Positions 52,901 through 64,000 of a stretch of DNA of 64,000 nucleotides are shown piece by piece. Under the pieces are notes generated by a model. That model had not been told where the DNA came from. It made no database searches and was given only the letters and a program-made list of their open reading frames with translations. Position 1 is the first letter of the stretch; the number at the start of each line of letters is the position of its first letter. The translations under genes and the position numbers were made by a program. The stretch comes from Eledone cirrhosa (lineage: Eukaryota), in the NCBI GenBank assembly GCA_964016885.1, contig OZ024742.1, forward strand, positions 49,538,001-49,602,000, given 5' to 3'.

Positions 52901-55404
52901 ATAAAGAAAATTTCCTATATATCTTAATCAGAGGAGCACCAGTTTTATACTTGATCATGTGTAAGTAAGCATGAAATGTATGATATTTTTCTATTATTTA
53001 CACCAGTGAACCATTAATTTCTTCACTTGACTTATATCAGTAAATTAGTTTCTAAAAAGACATAAATATCCTTCTGCATTTTTGCCCAGATTGTTTGTTT
53101 CTAATATGAAGATGGCACCTACTGCAATTGTTACTGTTGTTGTCAAGGTTAAGCTCTAGTCAATTCTGCTTAAGCACATTGATTGCTCCCAAGTAGCCAT
53201 TAGAATTGTTAGTAACTGACTACAATGATGTCCACTCTATATAAGTTAATATGCAGTCTGAACTAAGACTTGTGCAATCTGCTCTGCAGTGTTCAACCAT
53301 GCTGGAGTGTAGGCCATCCGTTAGAGAATAATATTGTGTCTGTTTTGTAGTCCAAATGTCTCCTGACTATTTTAATTTTCAGAGGGATGTTGAATATATG
53401 CAAGGTGATACAGCAGATTTAATTTGGTTATTAATTAATAATCAGGATATTTAAGGTTGTAGATTGTCTGATAAAATTCCATTGTACTACTTGTTCTGGT
53501 TATTTCCATTCTGAGTTCCAATCTTGTTGAGGTCAACTTTGAATTTTATCCTTCCTGTGTCAATAAAATAAAATACTGTTCAAGTACTAGGATTGATTTA
53601 ATTAACTTTGTCTTTCACACAAATTTGCTGACCTTGTGCCTTAATTTAGAAATATATATTCAGTTTATGTTTGAAGAGGATGTCTTACATTTAGTATTCT
53701 TTGGAAACAAGTATAGAGTATAAGCAAAACTTCATGAAGATTAATTAGGAGTAAATGTGTCATTATCAAAGTTTTATATCTGCTTTTTGATACCTACACA
53801 TGGGTTGAGCAAGTTGTCATAATCTATGCCATGTTCTATTTGTGTGGGAAGGAACTATATAGCTCAATATGTAATGATGTAACTTCTAGTGTTAGATGTC
53901 ATTAACAAAACCATTCTGCCTTTGACTGGTCTCAGATCACTGAAAGATACCTCACTAGCTTGATTTAGACTTAATTAACCAGAAGTGTTATGGGATTTGT
54001 CATATATTAGATAAAACAACAACATGATACCTGCTCAATTAGATAGATATTTCAACAGCTAATGGATGATAGCATTCCACTAAACTTTGCTTGTGTGCAT
54101 GTTAGTTTTATCTCAGTTTTTTTATCTTTATATCTTTTAGCTGCATCTTGTCAACATATCCAATGTATCTCCCAGTGACAATTATTTCTACTAAAGGCTA
54201 TTCTAAATGCTAAAAGGATAGATTTATTTATTCAGGAGTATAGAGAAAGATCAACATTAGATAGAAATGTTGCTTACAGCACTACCTGTATGTGTATGCA
54301 CTGAAATGTCAGAAAAGTAATCTTAGAAAGAAAATAGCATGTTTAACCATTGTGATTAAATGCCCAAGAGACACATATACATAAATGTGTACATTGTATA
54401 TATGTGTGTGCATGTGTGTATACATTGGGGAGGGTCATATTGTAATAATATTGCAGAAAATAATAACAGAACACACTCACTGTTTGGTTGGTTTTCGCTT
54501 CTGTATCTTTTATATCTTCACAGTTAATTCATTTGGTCCTCAATGTTTATCATTGACTGACCAACGGTCAAAAATACAGATATAAACACATATATATAGT
54601 CTAACAAAGTTCTTTCGTTGCACATCTGTAACATCATCAGTGGTACTATTATGTTCCTCCTATTGTATTGTATGTCTACGCCATTTTTATTTTATCTGTT
54701 TATTTATTTATTTATTTATTTTTGTTTTCTTCTCTGCTCAGTAGAAGTTATGTTGCCATGTCTTGTTTTTAGAAGTATCAGCAGTAGGAAGTTAGTTCTA
54801 AGATAATATGGAGATATTTTAGAATTCAAAATAGTTTGTATGTTTGAAGGATTAAATTGCTAATAAATTATTATTTTTACTAAATTAGGTTTGACAAAAT
54901 CACATGGGCACTGGGTAGTTTGGCTTGCATTATTGGTTTTAGCTCTTTTTGTTCTAAGTTGAAATGAAACCAAGTTAAACTTTAGCTATCAACATTTTAG
55001 AGGCAATAATGTAAAGTATTATCCCAGTAAGAGTTGGTGTTGTGGTCCCTGAGAAAGCATTTTTACAATGCTTTCCTAAAAAGACTCTTTGTATGAAAAA
55101 CAATGTTGATGAATAATAATAATACACATATATACGTGCATATACATGATCACTCACACATACATACATGCATGTACACATACATACATATGCACTTAAA
55201 CAAACACACACATGCATACATACACACATACACATCCATTTACACACGTATACACTCATATGCCATAACAGTTCATCACATATTTGCTGACCATCAGATA
55301 TGATGTGGCATGAAAAGAAGAATGCAATTAATGAGGCTGATTTAATTGACTAACGTTCTCTCCACTCTCATCACCCATACATTAACACTGTATCATATGA
55401 CTCC

Positions 55405-55798
55405 TTATCAAGTTATGTAGACTTCTGGAGGATATTTGTTGTTCCCAATTGTGTTGTGTTTTGAAATGTTGTAATGCTGGGATTGATTCCAATTTTATGA
55501 AGATTTTTAGGGAGGCTTTCTGCCATTACCCCAAGTGCTTGTATCATAAAAGGTACCACGTTTGTTTTTATATTCCACATTCTCTTGTCATCTGTTATCA
55601 AGTGTACATACTTTACGATTTTCTCATTGATGTAATCGTCTCTTGAGCAAGCTACATCGACTAACAAACACCTGCTTTCAGTACCTTTCTCCACAACATT
55701 TATGACTGGCATTGTATTTTCAAGAATTCTATTTGTCTGGATTGTAAAGTCCTACAAGAGTTTCACAGTCTGATTTTCTCTGGCTTGTGCTGAGAACC

Positions 55799-55799
<1 letters not shown>
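55405..55799 (-). mobile_element. R4/Dong-like RLE fragment
   Basis: DFTIQTNR..., CLLVDVAC, KIVKY, VVPFMIQALG, LGTTNILQK. Confidence 0.8.
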
Positions 55800-55860
<61 letters not shown>

Positions 55861-56860
55861 GTTGCATTTATCTTGCTTTATGTTCATACGAGTTATCACC
55901 AAGTCACAACCAGTGACCTCAAGAGACAATAAAGTCCACCATGTTCAAGAAAGAACATACATACACACACATGCATCTTTAGGTGTTTAGACTTGTGATG
56001 TATTTATATTGACAGAATCTTCCTTAGTATATGGGCAGTTCCCATTAGTACTAACTTTTATATTTCTCCTATACACAGGTTGCCTGGGATTTCTGATAAG
56101 TAATCATTAGACCCCTTAGGTATCATTCCTAGAGCGCCTACAACCACTGGTATTGTTTTAGTTCTCAATTTCCACATTTTTCCAATTTCTATCTCCAGGT
56201 CCCTATACTTGCTCAATTTTTCAAATGTTTTTAGAGATAAATTCTTGTCTATTGGAACGGACATATCAATTAGCAGGCATACTCTCTTTTTAAAGACCTT
56301 CAGTATTATATCAGGTCTATTTGCATCTATTTTTCGGTCTGTTTGGATGCTAAAGTTCCACAAGATTGAGATGTGATCTTTTTCACCAATTCTTTTGATG
56401 GGGCAGGTCAAAATGCTTACACATTATCCAATGTATGTATTGTGCAGCTCTGTCATGCCTGTTTAGGTATTCAGTTGGAGCTATAGGACTGCACATTGAA
56501 ATTATATGATAATGGTCTCTGGTTGTATTTTACATACATGGCATATGGGTTGCATCCATTTTTTATTATGTTGGCTTGGTAATTTTTTGTTGGCAGACAC
56601 TGATCTTGTGCTGATATAAACAGTCCTTCAGTCTCCAATTTCAGTCCAGAGGATGCCAACCACTGATGGGTTAAAGTTTTGTCAACATCAGGATTGTTAG
56701 CTCTTTCTGGGTATTTTCCATACAGAGGCTTTTCTTGCCATTTCTTAGCCAGTTTCTGTAGCAGTTCTTTCTTTGCAGTTACTTTTACCTGCTTTGCTTT
56801 TTCTGTGTTTTCCATTTCAGCTGTAAATGGGATTTCTGAAATTTGTAGTCCATTACTGTA
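55861..56860 (-). mobile_element. R4/Dong-like RLE non-LTR retrotransposon 3' fragment
   Basis: ETEGLFISAQDQCL, RHD region, ILWNFSIQTDRKIDANRPDII...LIDMSVP...EKLSKYRDL...IPVVVGALG (PD-D/ExK endonuclease); bounded by (TAA)n on both sides. Confidence 0.9.
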
Positions 56861-56885
56861 TATTATTATTATTATTATTATTATT

Positions 56886-57203
56886 CTTTGAGTCTCAGTC
56901 ATTGATATTAGTTAACTGGAAAGTTTGTTGAAATGAATATCAAGCCACTACCTGCAGCCTCAGATATTCAGGACGTATTGGAGGGTTCTTGCTGTTCCCA
57001 GCAAGCATGCCTTTTGAAGCGTTCCAAAAAGCGTGAAGGGGCCAATTTTCTTTAACTATCCCTGGAAACTTTTTGAGATAGTCCCTAGTGCGCCTCTGAC
57101 AATCGGGATCACTTTGACTTCATACCAGTTCCAAATCCTTTTTACCTCCCACTTTAAGTCCTGGTATCGGTTAATTTTCTCCCTCTCCTTCTCTTGCACT
57201 CTC

Positions 57204-57204
<1 letters not shown>
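56886..57204 (-). mobile_element. R4/Dong-like RLE fragment
   Basis: Minus strand reads KEREKINRYQDLKWEVKRIW...VIPIVRGALG...QKACLLGTARTL; (TAA)n on both sides. Confidence 0.8.
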
Positions 57205-57260
<56 letters not shown>

Positions 57261-57459
57261 GTTTTTATTTTCTTTCTTTATTGTTCCTGAGATATATGCC
57301 GAGTGTCTTCCTGACACCTAGGGCAAATAAATTCACAGGGTGCATTGGTAAGCCAGTTAATACAGCCCATTGATTATAATTAAAAAAAGAAAAAGAAAAA
57401 AAACAGTATACATATATACACATGTGCATATGCATATGTAAATACAAGGAGGGATATCA

Positions 57460-57995
57460 ATCTTACAGAGATAGTGCTCTTCTCAATTCGTGTTCAGTAC
57501 CAGTCAAAACAATTTTTTGCACCTCGTGCAGAGAGAGCAAACCAGGAATCATTCCTTTCTTGATCATACCCAGTCGTCCCACAATCACTGGTATTGTAAC
57601 GGCCTTGTGGTGCCACATTTTCTCAATTTCAATAAGCAGATCTTTATATTTTCGTAGCTTGTCAAATTCTTTTGCCGCGATATTGTGATCACATGGGATG
57701 CTCATATCTATCAACAAACAGACCTTGTTATGTTGATCTGTTACAATGATGTCAGGTCTATTTGCTTTTATGGTCCTGTCAGTATGTACAGGAAAGTCCC
57801 AGAGAATTGTTACATTTTCTCCTTCAGTTACAGCCTCAGGGTGATGATTGAACCACTTGTCTTCAGCTTTGATTTTGTAATGCCGACATTACCCAGTGTA
57901 GATATTGGCCAACTCTGTCATATCTATATTTGTATTCTACTGGTGCTAAAACTTTACATCCAGAGACTAAGTGATCCACTGTTTCAACCTCAGCA
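57460..57995 (-). mobile_element. R4/Dong-like RLE fragment
   Basis: ILWDFPVHTDRTIKANRPDII, LIDMSIPCD...KLRKYKDL...IPVIVGRLG...QKIVLTGT. Confidence 0.85.
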
Positions 57996-58123
57996 TTATT
58001 AATATTATTTTATTTCAACCTCTGTTTTTTTACACGCAGAAATGCCCATTTGTACCATCCTGTATTGTCCTGTACTGTCCTTAATGTCTACTTTATGTGA
58101 ACCCTTGTGGTTAATAAAGAAAA

Positions 58124-58168
<45 letters not shown>

Positions 58169-59299
58169 CGCTTTTGTCGCCTTCTAGTATTTGTTCTAGC
58201 TCTTTATGTTTTAAGTTCAAATTTCATCGATGCCAACATTGCCTTTCATCCTTCTAGGGTCAATAAAAAAAGGTACCAGTCAAGTATTCAGGATGCTTGA
58301 ATCAATTTTTTTTTCTCTAAATTTTCTTGTGTTGTGTCTAAATTAAAAATCAATATTATGATCGCCTTTGGCAGAATTGCTAGTTAACCTTAGAAAATGC
58401 CTTTCAGTAGTTAGTTGCATCTGTTTACAATCTGCAAATCCCACAGGAGCTGACTTTGTCTTTCATCCTTCTTGTGGGGGTCAATAAAAAATTAAAAAAT
58501 GCACTTGTCAAATACTAGGATCAATTAGATTAATTGCAAGCCTCGAGGAAATGCATGCCTTTTATAAATGTTTGAAATTACTACTACTACTGCTACTACT
58601 AGTTTGATATGTTTGCTATATGTATTGACTTCAGCAGTCAGATAAAATGTCCATAGAGACACTATGATTTGCTGCAGGTTCAATATAGGCATGAATCTGC
58701 AAACATCACTTAGTGATGATATTTGATATGACAATCTACTTGTTGTATTGATGTCCAAAACAGAACCACTTCAGGCATTTGTCATTTCTATTCCCATCTG
58801 TCTGTCTGACATTCCTGCCTCTCTTCAACTGTACACCTACATACGCACTCAGAATCAAATGTACATATTTATACCCAAAAGGATTCTAGTTTTAGAAGTT
58901 TTCATTCAGTAAATGTATTCAAATAGAAAGATAGAAATTTCAGTACTTACCATAAGCAGTATGTTTCTGTGTCCATGCAACTGTATTCAGTAAATCTATT
59001 GAAATAGATAGATAGATAGATAGATAGATTAAATAAACAGATACACACATAAATAGACAGGCATAACTTTTAGCACATACCATATGCAATAGGTCCATGT
59101 GTGTCCATGTGTGCATGGCAGTTCTAATTGCAATGTGATTCTCTCACCAATCTTTTTAACAGAACTTACACTGAAATACGTCATTCACTACTATTGTAAC
59201 ATTGTTTTAATAACAATGACCAGGAATCTGAGAAATTATTGATGCCATTACAAACTAAAGAGAATCGTGCACAAACCATACCAATTAGTTGATAAGCTA

Positions 59300-60965
59300 A
59301 CATTTCCAAACACTAAGCTTGTAGTGTTAGAAGAATCCATTTCTGGTGAGGAGGGAATGAAAGTGTCAGCTGCAAATATTTGCTGTTTTGTCAGAGTTAA
59401 TTAAATTATTGTTGTCTTCAGTTATAATAACGTTGTTACATGTAAAGTTAGCTTCTTTAGAACGTATGTCTTGGTAGTTTGTAGAACCTACAAATTAGAA
59501 TAACAACTATTGTGAAGCAATCCTAATCTAAATACGAATGGAGAGGCATTATTAGATTTCTGTTCTAGTAATGGACTCTCTATTATGAACATCTTCCAGC
59601 ACAGAGACATCCATAAATATACATGGTTTAAGGAAAATTAGGGACAGAGATCAATAATTGATTTTGTTATTGTCTCTGATGTCTTCGATTATGTGCTGGA
59701 TGTTTGTGTTAAGAGAAGAGCTGAACTGTCAACTGATCACCATCTAGTTATCTGCAACATGAGACTACCTAAAGCCAAAGATGCCCACAAAACTGGCAGG
59801 TTCAGGTCAACCTGCAGCATAAAGTGGGAAGCATTGGTGGATAAGGAAGTCAGGAAATAAGTCTTCTTTCTTGCACTTGCGGTACACGTAGGCACAAAGA
59901 ATCACAGCAAGGACAGTAAAGATGTCCAAAGTTAATATATGGGAGAACTTTAGGGGTAAGCTGTAATCTGATGTCAGATCAGCAAACAAATAAAGTGTCC
60001 TGGTAGGTCACCAGGTAACTTTGTTACAAGAAATCCACCTCCGCACCTGCTATCAGGAATGCATGTGGCATTCTTCTCTCTTCAGAGAAGTGCATACTTG
60101 CAAGATGGTGAGAATATTTTGCTGCTTTCTTAAACCCAATTACAGCAGCATCTTCTGATGTACATCAGCTTCATCTGGGAGTGATGACTAATCTCTGAAA
60201 GGCTGTGGTCACAAGAGCAATTAAAGAGATTAAATGTGGCAAGGCCGCCACTGGGAAGGATGAAATTCGGGCTGATATGTTAAAACCCTTAAATAGAGAA
60301 GGTATTCTCTGGCTGACTCATGTGACCAGGTGGCCTGGATCCCTGCAAAGGCACCTATGCAATGGCAATCAGGTGTGATAATCCCAAATTTCAGTAAGGG
60401 AGACAAGAGTGTTTGCTTTAATTAAAGAGGGATCTCTTTGGTAAGCCACCCCAGTGTCTAGCAAAGAAATGTAGGGAGATTATTGAGTCTAAGCTAGCTG
60501 ATGAACAGTTTTTGCCCTAGATGATCATGACTGAACAAATATTCACACTGTGGCAGGTCTTTGAGAAATTGTGGAAGTACTGCCAATCATGAATGCAAGC
60601 GGCTGAAATGGGATTCCTCTGAAGGGTCAATAGAGTGCATAGCTCGGAGATAAGAGAATCGCTCCAGATAGAGCTGCTACTCTCCAAATTGAGAGATCAC
60701 AGCTGTGATACTATGGGCCTGTGGTTAGAAAGTCTCAGGAAAGAATCACTGAGTAGATTTTACAGGAAAAACCAACTGGCAGGATACCTAGGGCTAGACT
60801 CCGAGCAAGATTGTTGGATAACATCCATAGGTTCGACTGATATTGTTTGGGGATCCAGCTAGATCAGTTGGAAATGGTTGCTTATGACAGCACCAGCTGA
60901 AAGGAGTGTTTCAGGACCCTGCCCCCAAACTCTCTCAGGAATAAGTGGGTGAAGAAGATGAAGTA
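59300..60965 (+). mobile_element. Old, internally deleted RTE LINE (distinct family)
   Basis: APE remnant LLDFCSSNGLSIMN..QHRDIHKYTW..QRSIIDFVIVS (about 59550-59680), RT N-terminal remnant (GKDEIRADMLK, KGDKSVC.N.RGISL), and a GAAGAAGATGAAG end. Confidence 0.75.
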
Positions 60966-61117
60966 GAAAAATAATAGTTAATCTTTTGCTATTGTACACT
61001 TGAACATCTTTATTTGGTTAAGGACAAACTTTCTCTTTCTTTTTTTGCCATCCTTCTTCTTTCCATCTTTTATAGATAATAGCTTGTCTATCCTTGTTTT
61101 AGGTTATAAATGTTATC

Positions 61118-61600
61118 ATCATTATAGTCCTAATCACAATTATCATTACCATCATCACTCTCATCATTATTACAATCATCATTACCATCATCTTTATCAC
61201 CATCATCATAATCATCGTCATTATCCACATCATCATCATCATTATCCTCCTCCCCTTCATCATCACTCTCATCATTACCATCATAACCATTATCCTCCTG
61301 CTCCTCTTCATCATCATCCTCATAACTCATCACCAACATAATTATCACTCTACAACTTCTCTTCATAATCATCATCTTCGCCATCAGCATCAACATAACC
61401 ATCATTATTATTATTATTATTGTAATTGTCGCCACATTGCTATCTTCTCCCCATCACCAGCTCACATTATCAGTTGCAGCATCTGTAGCCATTACTGTTA
61501 TCTGCCATGTTAGTCACTATTGCTGCTATTACCACCACTATCATCACTATTGTTATCACCATGATCATGAACTGTAAGTCAACTATTACTGTCACCAGCA
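61118..61600. repeat. Degenerate (CAT)n-rich low-complexity tract
   Basis: CAT/TAT/CAC triplets; explains the His-rich and Asp-rich ORF calls. Confidence 0.9.
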
Positions 61601-63209
61601 ATAGCAGTAGTATCTGTTTTCTGGTCTACAAGTAGCTTGCCAATACTCTATGCCAGTAAAAAGTAGTTGTGTTATGTAGTGTGCAGCCTAGTAGACATTA
61701 CATTGCTATGTTTGGTAAGTATATAAGTTGAGAAATTTTCGGATGTTTACCTGACTATTATAATTTGTTCATCACCCTCACTATCATCATCATATGTCTG
61801 CTTTCCCTGCTAGCACCGGTTGGATGGGTGTTCACAGACTAAGTTAGTAATGAAGCAAGGATACTGACCTCCTAGATAGGCCTGAGGACCATATTTTACT
61901 TACATGCAGACTCTCAGTCTACTGAGTGCATTTTGTTATGGTACCAGCACTAGAGATTTTTATGTCTTTGATATAACTGAAGAGTCCTCCCATCCCTTTG
62001 TTTTGCAAGCTTTCTATGGCTGGATGCTCTTCATATCGCCATAAGCTTACTGTGTGTATTTGGTACGTTTATCATGTAGATTACCAACACTGGAGAGCTT
62101 GACACAACTGAAGGTTCCTCTTAACCATTTTGGCATGATTTCTACAGTGGGGCGCTTTTGTTATTTAACAAAACCTATAGGAATATCAGATGTTATTTAT
62201 TTAGTTTTAATCCTACTTAATATAACCTTACTAACTTAAGCAGTATATGCAGTATATTTATCCTTGGCATCAATTCACGTTACCTTTAGTTCAATCTATT
62301 TTCATAAGTTATAGAGGTCAGCAATCATTTGTGTTTAAAACAGTCATACATTTAAAGTGGAAATATCTATAAAAAAATAAAGGCAGAAAAAAAAACAGAA
62401 GCTTTTGCACATTTACCCACTCACAAACATACACCAATTTATTCTTGATCGAGTGTGCACACTCTCTCACACACACACAGCAATATATTCTGTATTATGT
62501 GTGCACACGGGCACATCCAGCAATGTATTACATGTGTACAAAATCACACACATCCACATAAACCAATATAATCTTCATTTTGTGTTCACACACAAATGCA
62601 CGCATACACCAATTTATTCTGTAATATGTATAACAATAAAATACAAATACATTTACTAAAACATAATGCGATTTTCATGTAATTTTGTTGGAAAGCATTG
62701 ACCTTTTTGTCAAAAAAGATTCCAAAGCAAACAAATGTTATTTGTTTTAATGCACTCTATATACGTTTTTTCTCTGATTCGTACACCATTTCTCTATGTT
62801 ACCACCAATAGTGATGATGATAGGGTTTCTGAAAATTTTGACATTTACATATTATTGGACATTTTGTTTGTACTATAGAATGCCATCCCATCCTCTAGCA
62901 TCCACTTAGTTAATGAAATATGAGAGGGTACCTATTACTAACCAGACATTGAACCAGAGATTTTTTATGCAATACAATGAGTTTGGTAAGGCTTTAAATT
63001 TAGAATATGTATCTAGTTGTTCAAGTTTTTAACTTCACAGCTACAGCCACTATGCATCTTCAGCATTAGCATCTTCATTATATGTATGCTTTCTTTGGTG
63101 GTATGAGTTGGATAAGTTGCCACAGTATGTTGCACACTGAGGGCAGGTTTGAACTTGATTACTTGTGAAACATTTTTAACAGAATAAATGTATGTGAAAT
63201 TGATTCTGG

Positions 63210-63256
63210 TTTTATATATATATATATATATGTGTGTGTCTGTGTGTGTGTATTGA

Positions 63257-63338
<82 letters not shown>

Positions 63339-63590
63339 CATGTATGTGCATGTAGATATATATGTATGTGTGTGTATGTATGTGCATGTATAGATATGTG
63401 TGTGTGTGTACATTTATGTGCATGTATATATATATATATATATATATTTATGTGTGTGTATGTATGTGCATGTATATATATATGTGTGTATGTGAATGTA
63501 TATATACATATATGTGTGTGTGTGTGCATTGACATATGTATATAAGTGTATATACATTTATGTGCATGTATATATATATATGTGTGTTTC
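63210..63590. repeat. (TA)n/(TG)n microsatellite block, representative of dozens of TA, CA and GA tracts in the window
   Basis: Directly visible; source of the [12 protein letters not shown] and SLSL pseudo-ORFs. Confidence 0.95.
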
Positions 63591-63895
63591 ATGCTAGTGG
63601 GACTAAAATGATTCAGTAAATTCGAAAAATTACATTGATTTGTAGAGCAGACATTTATAAATTATTGTAATATTGTTATTGCATTGAAAAAAAGATGAAT
63701 TACATTGCTAAAAAATTAAAATTTTTATTTAATTGAACTTTATACTAATGAATTTAACAGACATTCAGTCTTGCCGAATAATGAAAGCCTGCAGCATTGG
63801 AAGGATTATCAATGCTGGCTTACCATGTCTTTTCCATTAGTTGTAACAGTTCAATTTAGAATCTTTACCTAGTCTGTATGTTTACTTTGGGAGAG

Positions 63896-63990
<95 letters not shown>

Positions 63991-64000
63991 CATTCCAAAT

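Noticed and set aside
61000-61435. His-rich, Met/Ile-rich and Asp-rich ORFs
   Set aside because: Alternative readings of a degenerate (CAT)n microsatellite.

Overview
Very AT-rich, microsatellite-dense eukaryotic (animal) genomic DNA. The repeat inventory (RTE LINEs with (GAT)n tails, tRNA-headed Meta/CORE-like SINEs, Penelope-like tails in (TA)n) suggests an octopod cephalopod; this is inference, not a database result. The only host gene I can support is two + strand exons (14295-14419 and 21800-22010) that splice into one Dpr/Zig-8-like Ig domain; the rest appears intronic or intergenic. Mobile DNA includes a near full-length but disrupted RTE LINE (7.2-10.5 kb), several truncated RTE copies, a co-oriented stack of R4/Dong-like fragments separated by (TAA)n, a CRE-like fragment, many SINEs, MITEs and a Helitron-like piece. 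Most notable: (1) three tail-out palindromes inside (TA)n tracts (26.5 kb, 27.3-29.2 kb, 41.5-44.1 kb), each arm carrying a type I hammerhead-ribozyme-like fold, two of them with non-canonical cores (U3:A8 plus A13C; U4A), one flanking a Penelope GIY-YIG remnant; (2) an RTE module that lies in the 5' UTR of one LINE family, in the 3' UTR of others, and inside a partner SINE; (3) a spacerless inverted SINE pair about 35 nt downstream of the Ig exon donor. All coordinates were read by eye; repeat boundaries are approximate.
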